A DNA stretch of 63,959 nt, filler included, from Calcarisporiella thermophila CBS 279.70 (GCF_041956535.1; 5 parts of 5 records of this genome joined end to end with filler, not necessarily neighbours in it), one strand, 5' to 3'. Shown: positions 11,607 through 24,689, counted from the first letter of the whole stretch. Translations and numbers: made by a program. Notes: generated by a model from the letters alone, not told the origin.

Positions 11607-14220
11607 TCATTGTTTAATCTCCAAAAATGAATATAAAATATCCTTGCGATGGAAAGTTTCTTTACCAACGGGATTGCCATTTCTATCATAGTAGTTAGTT
11701 TCATATACCTCTTTTGGGAACATTTCTCCTTCAGATTCGCACAAATAGCCCAATGCGTCCTGCAAACTTGCGCCCAATGAAAAAGATTTATAGTTGGAAA
11801 TAAATAAATATATCGGGGATTCTGACGATGTAGCTATGGAAGTTGGATGTCCCCATACTACAGTTGAGTTGCGGCGGAGCGAAATATAGAGGTGAAGATG
11901 TTGGGGAGTATGATCATTGAACCAACTTAGAAACTTAGACTCCATCTTTATGGCACAATCTCTCATATTACTAGGATCATCTCTTTCACGATTTTTCACC
12001 TGTATAGCGATGCACGAAAAGGTCCCATCCTTAAAACGAACCGGAATCAAAAGATCAATTGCTTCGCTATTTCTGGGAAGAGAAATAGCTGCTCTTCGTT
12101 TCCAACAGGTCTTGCAAAGATTAGCACCAATATCCCGTGCAGATAATTTTTCGTAGATGTTGAGAAAGTGGTTGAAAGCTACCTCTGCTTCACTAAACGT
12201 ACCTAGTATTTGTCGCAAGATATCAGTATTTTCCACCAATGTGCATGGTGCACCGTCGATTATTGGTGGTTGACTAAAAATTAAACAGTTGAGTTATAAA
12301 AGAATGGTACGAAATATGTACACTCGCTAATTAAGAATTACCTCCTGCCAACATTCCGCACTTTAGAAATGGACTTTTCTTCATCTGACAATAATGTGGA
12401 TAAAAACCGTTCCACTGAAATCTGATTTCCAAATATAGATTGGCTAGCTAATTGCATTGCTCGCAGGAGCGCAATACGAACTGCTGTTTCGCCACACTCT
12501 CCTCCGTGGGCGATACCTCGGTGCACAACGTCTACTAATACGTTAACTGAATCTGCCCATTGCCTATCGTCGTCGAGACCAGCAAGTGCTCCTGCTGCAA
12601 GAAACGGTTCCGACGGATATGTGAGAAAAACCTCTGTTCGATCTGCCGAAACCCCTAGTGCAGTAGCCATGTGATCGGCAACCAAAGTTTGTGCAAATAT
12701 AGCCATAGGCGAGAACCGAAGAGCAGCAAGGCATGCGAGCTGAGCAAGAGCCGTTAGTTTTTTGTCTCCTGATGTTCCCATTAGTTTGGTTCTTGCTAGT
12801 AAAACGATATCTTTTAAATCCGATTTTTTCGACAGAAGTGCCCCAAAAAGTGGGCGGCCATATAGAGCTAACTGGTGCGGAGTAGGATTCTCAGGCATGT
12901 TTCTAGCCAATGCATCGGTCATTGCCACATCGAAAAAGGGCTGAAATAGTGTAAAATCAGCTTCGCGTGCAGAAGAGTCGAGTTCAAACTTTGGAAAAAA
13001 ATTATTGATTTTCCCACTGGTACTTAAACACACAGAGAATAATCCTTCCCAACGAAGATACCGAATACCGCGACGCCACATGCGGAATTTCATAGAATAA
13101 TCCATTTGAGCGCTTCCTTTTCCTTTATCGAAGAGTTCATGAGCTTCATCTAGGCAACAAAGGAGCCTGATCTTGCCAATTCCTTTCCCAATATGATGAT
13201 TGTTTAGAAAAGAGGAGTCAAGCATTGCATTTTTTGCAGCAGCTTTTGAAGCTTCATCTACTGTATAGCTAATTATATAAAAAGGAAGCGTAAATTGAAT
13301 ACACCAATTAAGCTACACAAATATATGCAGTATTGTATTCAACAATACCTTTCATATCTATTCTTGATACGACTCCAAAATTGTTCGCAATCCAGTCGTT
13401 GTTCAATTTGCATCTTCCAAAATTCGTCGGGCTTCATATGAAGCTTCTCGATTTCTTCTGCTGCTGCAAGCATAATCACTGCGAACATTTGTATGTCATT
13501 TTCATTGTCCACTTCTAGCTGTTTGAACACCCAATCGACCAGAGGCGATGCCGGAGGGAAACCAGTTGATCCAGGATTTCGTTTGCAAATATAAAGTACA
13601 TGTACACTTTTGGCAATCTGCGAAATCATTCGAGTTTTTCCGTAGCCCGAGCTCTGCACTAGTGAGATGAAGGGCACTACCCTTTGACTAAAGCGCCTCC
13701 ATTCTTTATGACACCATAGCATATATTTTATAAACCTCTCGACAGCAAAATGAGGATCAATATAGTCAGTGTTAAACGCGTCTCTTACGAACTCAAATGG
13801 AGGTTCGTACGAATGTTCAAGGGTAAGTTTGGCTAAAAATTATGTGTTGTCGACAATAAAGCTATCCTATAAAAAGATTGGTTATATAAGTTATATAGTT
13901 ACCTTTAAGCGCATTTCTTAGGAGGATGCGCTGCCTTAATTTTTCTCGAAAATCCAGTAGATGACGTTGATATGCCAATTTTAAATGGGAATCATCAGTA
14001 ATTCGGATTTGATTGGTGAAAAATTTTATGGAATCTAATATGATGAATATAAGAGAATGAAATTATTGAATCTCAAAATAGAACTGTTGGTATACCATTT
14101 ATCGAAAAAATTTGCTTATCAAGATCGTCAATCGTAAGTTGCTCCTCGGACTTCTCTGAGAAATCTTGGAGTTCTTCCATCTGAATGTCTTCTTCTTGTT
14201 GTGCTTTTACTTCCATAGTA
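11607..14220 (-). CDS. Crinkler-type protein: P-loop NTPase plus C-terminal PD-(D/E)xK REase-like domain; 5' exons uncertain
   Basis: QSSGYGKTRM (Walker A), CLDEAH (Walker B), YGRPLF, YPSEPFLA, GECGE, then IDLLIP...IQVKN nuclease-type motif across ORFs 13339-13722, 12338-13225 and 11607-12239 joined by introns. Confidence 0.75.
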
Positions 14221-14437
14221 AATAAAATGTAGAATCGGTCTAATAGCGAAGCCGAGTTTTGATCAAGGAGGATATTTCTGTCAGTTTTACTCTTATAACA
14301 ATAATTTCGTCACCGCTTAAAATGATTGTCCTGTGACCATCCAGCATGGCATATATTGCTGCGCCATTTTTAACAGTAAATTGATTTGGATAATCAATTT
14401 AACCTTGGCCACTTTATGCTCACGCCATAGCAGTTAC

Positions 14438-14610
14438 TGTTGAGAGAGGTCCTGCATTACATATCAAGATGATAATGCACGCGTACATTCTCCTCGTTCA
14501 GAAACGATGACATCAAACCTAGTCATCTGTATGAGCTCAGGCCATATTGATGTCACTCACAAGGTCCTGTGTAAAATCTACCTTCCTTCTATTTAATGAG
14601 AGTGTCAACA
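14438..14610. mobile_element. Possible solo LTR
   Basis: TGTTGA...TCAACA inverted termini, 173 bp; no TSD seen. Confidence 0.4.
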
Positions 14611-14674
14611 TGCGTATCTCACAGTAGTTGTGAAGAGCGTTACCAATAATTGCATTATCATGACTCACACTCTC

Positions 14675-17600
14675 TGTTGGATTTTAATAAGAGTATATTG
14701 ATAAAAGGAAAGTAAACAGACAGAAGGGATAACACAAATAATATCTGGAATATATTCGGACTACCAGTCACGCCTGGTCGTTCTCCAACACCCCCTCTCG
14801 ATCAGGTGTGATTCCCAGTGCAGCACAGTAGCGCTCGATACGTGTTAAAGACAATGCCTTTGTCAGCATATCTGCGGATTGCTCGTTGGTTTGCACATAT
14901 TCGATTTAACGTCGTAATTAATAACAATTTCAAACACAAATGACCCACGCACCGCAATGTACTTAGTGCTGTTATGATTGCTTTCTTATCAGGTGGAAGC
15001 AGCACCAGATCCCACGCATCATGTTCGCGGAGTGACTGTAATTCATGCTCTGCTGCCTTGCGCCACTGGTCGGCATCACTGCGTTGCAGTGCTTCTCGCA
15101 TTGTGCGAGGTTCATCGGAAGCATTAGTTATAGATTGTCCCAAGTTCTGGGGCGTCTTGCGTTGTCGCGTGGATCGTCGCAGTTGCATGTTGTTCTCAGC
15201 TGATTCTTCCGGTTGACTCGTTTTCTTCTTATCCTCGGCTTCGGGTGGTTTTGGTTTGTTCGCCCACTCTAACCCCGATACATCCTTAGAGCTCTCACAG
15301 CTCAGGGATAATGTCACCAGATCGGGTTCAGATTTACTCTGCTGGGATTGGTATGGGAACTCATTCTCAATAAATCGTACATCTCGCGATTCTATTATAC
15401 GCCTTGACTCGGGTATAAATATCCGCCAAGCCTTAGACTGATAACTGTATCCCACCATGACTCCAGCTTCCGCACGGCGATCCAACTTGGATCGTTGGGT
15501 CTTCGGAATATGCGCATACGCTCGACAGCCAAAGGTACGCAATTGCGCTATATCTGGATTCTTGTCGTACCATAGTTGATATGGCGATTTCCCATTGATT
15601 GGCTTTGACGGCCACATATTTTTCACCAGTGTAGCTGTTCGCACAGCTTCGGTCCATAATTCTTTGGGGACTTGCGATTGTTCTAATAATGTCCGCACAA
15701 TCTCTAAGATGCTACGATTTGCGCGCTCGGCCGCGCCATTGCTCTCCGGGGTATATGACGTTGTAGTCTGATGTTGAATTCCCCGTTCTTGCAACATCTT
15801 TGCAACCGCATTATTCACAAATTCTGTTCCCCTATCGCTCCTGAACGCCTTTATCTCTGTTCCCGCTTCTTTCTCTGCACGGGCAATGAAATCTTTCAGT
15901 ACATCTTGGACTTGTGCCTTTGATGCTACAGGAATAGACCAAATAAATTTAGTGTAGTCATCTTGCAGAGTAAGTGTAACACGACCGAATTTACACTATA
16001 ATATTAATTATAATACATCCTTATTTACATTATTTACCTATTTAATTACCTTTCCTTTTATATACTTATTGACCACAAATTTATTATTGGTGTATTAACG
16101 TTCCACTTAGATACTCCCGAGATTCTATTTAAAATCACTCCCTTTTGTTTATTGTTCCTCACCTCTTTCCTGAATTCCATTCTATCTTGAATTGAATTCT
16201 ATTCTTTAAGAATAAGGATATCTAACAGTCCTCAAAAACTGTTACAGTAAGGAAGTATCGGGCTCCAGAAAAGGCAATAGGGTGAATTGGACCAACAATA
16301 TCCATGTGAATCAATTCTAGCTTAGCTTGCGCTCGCGATCCACTTTCCGAAAACGGTAGCCTTGTACTCTTACTTAAATGCCTGTCAACCAATTACAGGG
16401 TTGACAGGCATTCGTCATCTGTTTGATCGATTGCAGGGTTTTCGCACTTGGGTGTCCCAGTCGGTCATGCTCAGTCTTGGGGTCGGTTGTTACCATGTTG
16501 CAGCGATTTACAGCACTTGTTATTGTATGCCCGAGGATAAACAAACCATCATTATCTCGAGCAATACGAGTCATCCAGCCATTGCCATTGCGTATAGTAC
16601 ACACGTTGTTCTCAAAAGCAATCTTATTTCCTTGCTTGCATGTAATTTGCCCTACTGAGAGTAAATTTGCCGCAAGAGTTGGGACATGGAGGACATTTGT
16701 CGTTGCAAACGTCACTTCCTCGCCGTTGGCGAGTCGCATGGATACCTCAATATCACCGATCCCGATAGCCTCGATCTCTCTGTTATCACCAATCTTTACA
16801 TGCTCGCTACATGGAGCATACCTAGTGAAAAGCTCTCGTTGATAACACACATGCTGTGTAGTGCCCGAGTCCACAATCCACGCGTCTTGAATTGACCTGG
16901 CTACGCGGAGGGCGAGTACTGGCAGCATAACCTTCGACTCATCCTTCTTGCCATTTTCCTTATTTCCCTTTCCTTTTCGTCTATGGCATTCTCGTGCCAT
17001 ATGTCCTGGTTTTCCGCACACGAAGCATGTAATATTGCGCCGATTACTCGCTTGATGGATTCCTGCATTCGCGCGTTTGCCTTGCATAAACATCATGCGT
17101 TGGCCGTCGCTTATACTATCGCGTTCGTTGCGACGTCTGTCTTCAGCAAGAATACGGTCGCGCACATTTGCTGATGTGAGCGTATCCATTGTCATAGTGG
17201 CGGCTACAGAGTCATAACTGGATGGTAGACCACAAAGCATCATGACGGCAATCTCTTTGTCGTCGATATTAACGTCTATAACGCGCAGTTGCTGTATGAT
17301 CCTTTGAACGCGCGTGATATAGTCCGTGGCGGACTCTTCGGGCTGCATTTCGGTCCGAAACAATTCACGTTTGAGGGACACAATTGCAACAACGTCCGAC
17401 GGTCTATGATGGCGCTTAAGTCGGTCCCAGGCTTCTTTCGCAGTCTCTACGTCGTCAATAAGCATGAGCTGTTCATTATTCACAGCTTGATAGATCAGGC
17501 TCAATGCTTGGTTATTGGATGAAGAACTAGGGTCAGGTTTATAATTCCCTGTCGGCTCAATCTCATTAGCTATATTGCGCTCACGTAGCATTGCGCGCAT

Positions 17601-17824
17601 ATGCAGCGCCCACGCCGTATAGTTTGTCCCATCCAATCGTTCGATTGTTAAACCGGTTGTAGCCATGACGAGAGAGTAGTAGGTAGAGGGGTTTTGAGAC
17701 TCTTAATCTGTTGGATTTTAATAAGAGTATATTGATAAAAGGAAAGTAAACAGACAGAAGGGATCACACAAATAATATCTGGAATATATTCGGACTACCA
17801 GTCACACCTGGTCGTTCTCCAACA
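14675..17824 (-). mobile_element. Ty1/copia retrotransposon, internally deleted (gag-PR-IN present, RT/RNaseH absent)
   Basis: 116-bp LTRs at 14675-14790 and 17709-17824 (2 differences); PPT at 14791-14798; gag CCHC knuckle CFVCGKPGHMAREC, protease WIVDSGTTQH, integrase ELIHMDIVGP/RSDRGTEF/ESNGAAER; ORF degenerates just after the start of the RT region. Confidence 0.95.
15975..16246. mobile_element. Solo LTR nested in the copia integrase, 5-bp TSD GTAAG
   Basis: TGTAACA...TGTTACA termini; GTAAG at 15970-15974 and 16247-16251; the integrase frame resumes on both sides. Confidence 0.9.
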
Positions 17825-17834
17825 ATAGCACATT

Positions 17835-17934
17835 NNNNNNNNNNNNNNNNNNNNNNNNNNNNNNNNNNNNNNNNNNNNTTAATTAATTAANNNNNNNNNN
17901 NNNNNNNNNNNNNNNNNNNNNNNNNNNNNNNNNN
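17835..17934. other. Assembly linker (N44-TTAATTAATTAA-N44)
   Basis: Identical 100-bp linkers at 17835, 27852, 49971 and 62230; six-frame stop spacer. Confidence 0.95.
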
Positions 17935-18278
17935 AGCTTGGAATCTCCCATATAAGTAATTTGTAGATCGAAGGAAATGCTCACGGTGAGCAGTGAAAAC
18001 CAGATTGGAAAGAAATAGATCGTCCAAAGGAGTATTCGACAAAGCCAGTTATTTGAAGGAAGAATAGCATCGTTAAAATCATATGCCATGTACATTAAAT
18101 ATGAACCTCGGTAAAAGGCGTCGGCCATGCCAATCCAAAAGCTGAGAGTGAAAGTAATGTTATTCGAAACGCTTGGGCGTACGATTCGTAGCCATATTAC
18201 GATACTCATCATGCAAAGTGCAAAGAAGATAGAGGCACAGTTAAGTGCAACTTCTGCATCAGACATCGCGAAAATCAT
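17935..18278 (-). CDS. 7-TM GPCR-like protein, paralogue 1 (truncated by the gap)
   Basis: N-terminus MIFAMSDAEVALNCASIFF...SNNITFTLSFWIG is closely similar to 21543 and 23245. Confidence 0.75.
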
Positions 18279-19023
18279 CTGTGTACATTAAGATAAAATA
18301 GCCGGATAAGAAGAAAAAATATGTAACTAATGCGACTATAAATCAGCGTAAAATTGCGTGTTAACAGCCCCAAATGATTTAATCTTAAAAGGTAGAAGCA
18401 TATTGTTAGTGTATCTTTTTTCATATAACTCAGGCACAACTCTTTTGGGGGAGGTAGTTCTTGTGCATAAACCATAATCAAATAGGTGCGTGGAACTAAA
18501 TTATGACCATAAAACTCTTTATTAGGGTTATTATTTTCTGAATATTCGAATATACTGTATTCTGGGAGGTTAATAAGAATCTTCGTTACACATATTTACT
18601 CCATAACTGAATTATAACATGGCCATTGAAATCCAAGAGTACTTCAGAATAAGATGTTTTAAAAATTTTAAATAACCTTTGGATTTATAAGCTTAATGAT
18701 TTTTACCGAGAGTCAAAACATCATCAAGAGTTCAGATATTTATAAAAATTGTTCTACTTATGCATTCTCATGCATAAGATTCAAAAATACGTTAAGTATG
18801 GCAGAGTATTCTAGTTGACAAAATATTCCTCGGAGCGCGTAATTAACTAAATTGAAGGATACAATAAATAAGATTTATTGTGTGATAAATCAAGGAAAAT
18901 AATTATGGGGTTTGCTTAAAGAAAAGGCTCTGGTGATTATAAAATGTATATATAATCTACAGCAGATTATATATTGGATATAATATGATTCTATCTTCTA
19001 TTTCTTGCTCTCCTTAAAAACGC

Positions 19024-21543
19024 CTATTCAATTCGGTTATGTTCGTATGTTGTCGTTGCGTTTTTCTGTGACTTCTTCCCATGCGTGCACACAAGATTGA
19101 TACAGATTTCACTCACTCCGATCTCTTGCTCAACTCCACGCACGATCTCGTCGTACTCTTCGTTACTGATGTACATCACTTGAATCAGATATGGTCTCAG
19201 AGAATCCAGTAGTCGCATAAACCACTCTCGACCTGGTACGGTAATATATCTTGCAGAATAATCTATCGGAAATGGAATTGATATGCACTTGATATCTTCG
19301 AGGCCAATTTTGTTGAAATGAGTGGATAACCCATTAATCCAAGATGGATTAATTTCTCGCGCATGGAGAGTATTAAGCACTGTGATTGGAATAAGATCAA
19401 TATTTTTTTTTCCACTGTGATCAACAAATGCAATAAGCCTTTTTATACTAACACCCATCTGCAAGTTTTCTGAACGCTCGCCCAGATCCTTGAAGGTTGT
19501 AGTCTTTGATCATTTAAAATAAAAATGGACGTTAGCTTTCATTAGCACTCTAAATTATTTGACATGCAATTGGTTTACAGTACCCAACTCCACCACCTCT
19601 AAATATCCCCCCGGCTGAAGTACTCTCACTATCTCCCCAATGACTCTGGGCCACTCGCTCTGATACACACCAAGCCCAACACACCTAACGAACACAAAGT
19701 CAAAGCTCTCGTCTGCAAATGGGAGCGGCGCAAGGAAGTTGCCATCTTGAAAGTGGCAGTTCTCGGGTTTGATATGTTCGGGGAACCCCCTGTTGATGTC
19801 AATACCATAGAAGTGACTGCTTGGGAATTCTGCAGCCATCTCCATGGTCCAGGTGCCTGGTCCACATCTAGAACACATGAAAAGGATGTAGATGTTAATC
19901 ACCCGTGGAATGTGACAATAGTGTTCGACGTGGCTTACCCAACATCCAGCACCTTTACACCATTTAGCAATACACTTCGAACTGGTGACATGAAGTTGTG
20001 ATTGTTGAACAACGACCTAGTGAGTGTGTGGTTATACCAGTCGATCAAAATAAAGTATATCTCATTTGAAGAAGAAAATCCAACTTACCGAAACATATAG
20101 TGCTGCATAACCAATCGATCCGTCTCCTCTTCATCATTCGGCAGTATATAGTGTGCTCCTGCATCAACAAGGGGTTAGTTTATGGCTAAAAGTCAATCCA
20201 ATTAGGGCGAATAATCACCTTTGGCCCCACAGAACCTCCTCCCAAGCATCCATACATCTCCATTGCTGTCCAACTGTGGATCAGCCATATCCTCTTCTTC
20301 AAACACGCACGCATATTGTTTAGGAAATTCTTTTAGGAGCTTCATCCGTTCAAGCGGAATCGCTTCCAATGGTCTTCTTGATGACCCAGCGATATCGAGT
20401 GTTGCTTCATTGATACAGAAAGCAAAGCGAACTTTTTGACAGGGAAAAATTGCGTCTTCTTCATGTGGCTGTATCAGCTTGTCTGCAGACTTCTTCCACA
20501 TCCACAGAACTGAGCGAGACTGAGTCTCAGCTTGGTCATGAACTGTGGATGCATGAGAGATGCTTCGAGATATTGACTGAAAAGACGTCCATTTTTTGAA
20601 GATGGCCCAATTTACGAGAATTTCAGAGAAAATTGGATTGAATAGAAAGACAACAAAGCCGAGAATACCTAGCATTCCTGATGTAACGTTTTGTGCCATT
20701 GCCGTAGCATCACCGAAAGGAGTAAAACGTGTATGCGTAATAAACAAAAGTCCAAGTATACAAGTAGCTGGCATACAGACAATGAGGACTAGCGGGTACC
20801 CAAGATTTCGTAATACTGAAAGTAATATCCTAATTTCTTTATCACGAGCTTTTGATTCTTTAACCCTTCCTTTTTTCATCTTTTGAATGGTCCTGAAAAC
20901 TCGGCACAAGGAAATTATTACAATGATCAAAGAGTACAAGATGCTAGCGAGAATTATGATGCTACGCACTATTCCGAGAGCAAGTTCGGTTTCATAAGGC
21001 CAGTCATTGCTGATATATTTCTAAGAATGGTTAGTATGCAAGTATAAAAAATTAGTATCACATATTATAATGGAACAGATATTTCGCAAGTACATAATTA
21101 GTATTCCACCATGCTTTTCTATAAAATAGCTGCGGAGTCGTTGCAACAAAAGCTACCAGCGTTGATAGAGGGAGGTACCAGTTCTGATACTGTTTTATGG
21201 CAAGCTTTCCATGTATAAACGACAATTGTAGATCCAGAGTGATGCTCACGGTAAGTAGGGAAAACCAGATTGGGAAAAAAAAGAAGGACCAGAAGAGAAT
21301 TCGGCACAACCAGTTGTTGGAAGGCAAAACTGCATCATTAAAATCGTGCGCCATGAATAATAAATAAAACGCTCGGTAAAGTGCATCAGCTAAGCCAATC
21401 CAGAAACTGAGAGTAAATGAAATGTTGTTAGAAACTTTAGGGCGAACGATACGTAGCCAAATGACCATTGCCATCATAGCTAATGCAAAAAATATTGAAA
21501 CACAATTTAGCGCAACTTCCGCATTTGACATTCCGAAAATCAT
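19024..21543 (-). CDS. 7-TM GPCR-like receptor (cAMP-receptor/Git3-like) fused to a class I SAM-dependent LaeA-like methyltransferase
   Basis: Exon 1 (TM1-4) splices in frame to ORF 20202-20969 (TM5-7, GILGFVVFLFNP, then an open linker to WMLGRRFCGAK); intron 20218-20159 (GT..ctaac..CAG) joins in frame to GAHYILPNDEEETDRLVMQHY, then VLDVG|CGPGTW, GIDI, LPFADESFDFVFVR, RVLQPGGYLE. Confidence 0.7.
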
Positions 21544-22157
21544 GTTTGTACGTCTATCTATATCAAACAGGATATATATTTTAAATAATCACTTCCCTCC
21601 TTAAGCACTGGATTTAATCCTAGAAACACCCTCAAATTCCATTTGATTTTTGCATTATAAACTTTTTCTTTCTCTTCAAAGTACAAACATCTATATCCGG
21701 GTATAAAACTTTAAGGTGAGACAGTAAATCTAGGATATTTTATCTCTCGTAATACAGTATCGACTTTTAAACCACTTTTGGAAAATATGCTCATACACCT
21801 AAAGCATCTTCGAAATATCATTTATGACCGAACGCATTTGAGGTGAAGTCCTTATTAACCCTATGTTTTTTTGAAGATATGTCAATGTGCATACTTGAAT
21901 GTAAATGACAGTTGTCTATATGTTCAAGCTAGAATGTTATAAAAATGGTAGGTTTAGGTTAGGCTAATATAGTATTAATGATAAATCTGGATTCATTACA
22001 TAATTAGGACAAACCATAAAAAAATAAAGAATGAAATAATAAATAGTACTGATATATTAGATTAAATACCAATGTGTGATATTACATAAATATTCATATA
22101 GGAAATAGTACTCCCAAGGATATTTTTCTACTCATTTTTGGCCTTATTCCCCTACAA

Positions 22158-23245
22158 CTACTCAGAAGGTTGCGCTTGGCTGTCCACACGAGCGTTTGTG
22201 CCTAGACCAATAGATGAAGGAGATTGGAGAGTACTTGAGGGTTGATTTTCTTCTGGTTTTTTTACGAGAATACTAGTGTATTGGACCGTTCTTCTTTGGA
22301 ACAGCCATATATCCTTAAAGAAGGGTACGTTTGAGAGGGATTGTGTTAATGATGGATTAAACAAAAACACGATAAAATTGAGAATTCCTTGCATTCCCGC
22401 TGTAATGTTTTGTGCAACTAATGTAGCATCGCCAACGGGAGTAAATCGAGAATGCGTGGCATAAAGGAGAGCTAGGATACTTGTTGCTGGTAAACAGATA
22501 ATGAGAACTAAAGGGTATCCAAGTACTCGAATTACAGATACGATAACCTGGAGTTCTATCTTTCGGTTTTCAAACTTTTTGACTCGGTCCTTCTCCATCT
22601 TTCGAATAGTCTCGAAAACTTTGTGCAGCGAAATGATGATAATGATGATGGAGTATAAAATACTGGCGAGAATAATACTACTCTGTACAATGTTTAGTGC
22701 AAGCTCCGTTTCGTATGGCCAGTCTGTGCTTATGTATTTCTAATACATAAAAATGTAATTAATATCTTTTGATAATCATAGACAAATGTACATACATATT
22801 CTATATTCCACCACGCCTTTCTATAGAAAAGCTGTGGTGTCGTTACAGCAAATGCCACAATGGTAGATATTGGAAGATACCATCCTTGGTATTGCCTTAT
22901 GATAAGTTTCTCATGGATGAATGAAAGTTGGAGGTCAAACGCTATGCTCACAGTGAGCAATGAAAACCAGATGGGGAAGAAAAAGAACGACCAAAGTAGA
23001 ATTCGGCATAGCCAATTATTAGAAGGAAGAACTGAATCGTTGAAATCGTGTGCCATGAATAACAAATAAAATGCCCTGTACAGCGCATCAGCTAAACCGA
23101 TCCAAAAACTAAGAGTGAAAGAAATATTGTTGGAAACTTTTGGGCGCATGATACGTAGCCATACTACTATCCCCATCATCATGACAGCAAATACGATAGA
23201 AACAAGATTAAGCGCAACTTCTGCGCCTGACATTCCAAATATCAT
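22158..23245 (-). CDS. 7-TM GPCR-like protein, paralogue 3 (no fusion), 2 exons
   Basis: Same intron position as paralogue 2 (EY|KYIS); seven hydrophobic segments; ends QGILNFIVFLFNP plus a short tail and stop. Confidence 0.8.
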
Positions 23246-24689
23246 TTTCGAAAATCTATTCAAGCTCAGAATAATATAAGCTAATACGGTATATTTATCT
23301 TGTTGATGGATAAACGAATCATACCACAATTTTCAATAGAATGTGCATAGGTATTTTTTTTCCTCGACCTGTTAATCACTTATATATTTTCTCTCTCAAG
23401 AATAAGGTTTCCAGTATCACAGTTCGAAATTCAAATCATGTATTCTTAACTCAGTGTATGAATTAGTAGTTCGCTAAAACTTAGTGTTCAAACTCATTTT
23501 AGAAGTTAATAATGGTTAACATTAAGTTGGTGAGACCCTATCTCATCACCTATTCTACCATCCCTTCCTCCATCTAAATGTGCTGTTGATTCTAACCTAT
23601 AGTTGTATAAGAATTAATGTTGTGAACCTCAGCGTTATACATGTATGAGTGTATGTTCTTATTTCGTATCAGTGGAAATCTTATTATTGTGAATGACTTA
23701 AATATTGTAAGAATCCGGCGCCAAAATGCTCGAGGCAACTGAATTTGGACGAATCGCGATGCTAATAGTTTTCGTTATTGTCATTTTTTTGTCGTAGTTG
23801 CCAAAGAGCAGGAGGACAGCAGACGAAAAAGGTTTAAATGATTGGGGCAAAATTCGAATTTACGCCGGGTCAATATAGAGCACCATGATGAATTAACTTG
23901 ATAGTGAAGATCCAAATAGGAAATCATTTATTGGATATATTATATCCAATAAATGATGACGTAGTACGTAGACAGAGATTAAGAAGATCTGAAAGTAACA
24001 TATGTAACATATATAACATTTGCTCTAAGCCACAGAAAAGCCTTGGTATTCTTTTATCCCACTAGAATCATATTAATTTCTGACCGTAAATGGCTTCTTC
24101 ATCACATAAGATGGATGATGACAATGAACTGGAAATATCCAGATCAATTAAGTCAAGAAATTTCACTTATTATTTGAAGCAGTTTTTTTAATGAATCTAT
24201 ACCTTTTATAAGTATTAATATATGTAACAGGACGAACCTACTTGCAGTACTTTCCATTATTATGTGACGGTTAATTTCATTCATCATTCTCATTTTGAGT
24301 TTATTATTACCTTTTTAATATTTGTTTTATTGTTTTATGGAAGCTGCATCTTTAGTCAGCCTTTGGAAAAGCCAGATTATGTCATATTAGTTGATTTCCT
24401 ATTTTTCATATATATACTCATTCAGTCTATTTTGTTGTTCCTCACCGATCTTCTATTTTTATAAAGGTGAGGATACATCGTTTGATATTATTATTGCTAT
24501 GTTATTAATAAAGACCGATCTTCTATTTTTATAAAGATCTTCGTCTACCATTCGAACCCTGTTACAATATATGCGAATTTTGTAACTCATTTTAGTTTTA
24601 AATCTAACCCTCTTATTATAGGCGACTTTGATATATCCCATTCAAATATTTCCAAATTTTATGGAGTACCTGCAGCAAATTATGCTTTC

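Noticed and set aside
17879-17890. Repeated TTAATTAATTAA motif inside N runs
   Set aside because: Artificial six-frame-stop linker, identical at four gaps
24444-24536. 23-bp direct repeat accgatcttctatttttataaag as a TSD
   Set aside because: Only about 46 nt between copies and no element features; likely a local duplication
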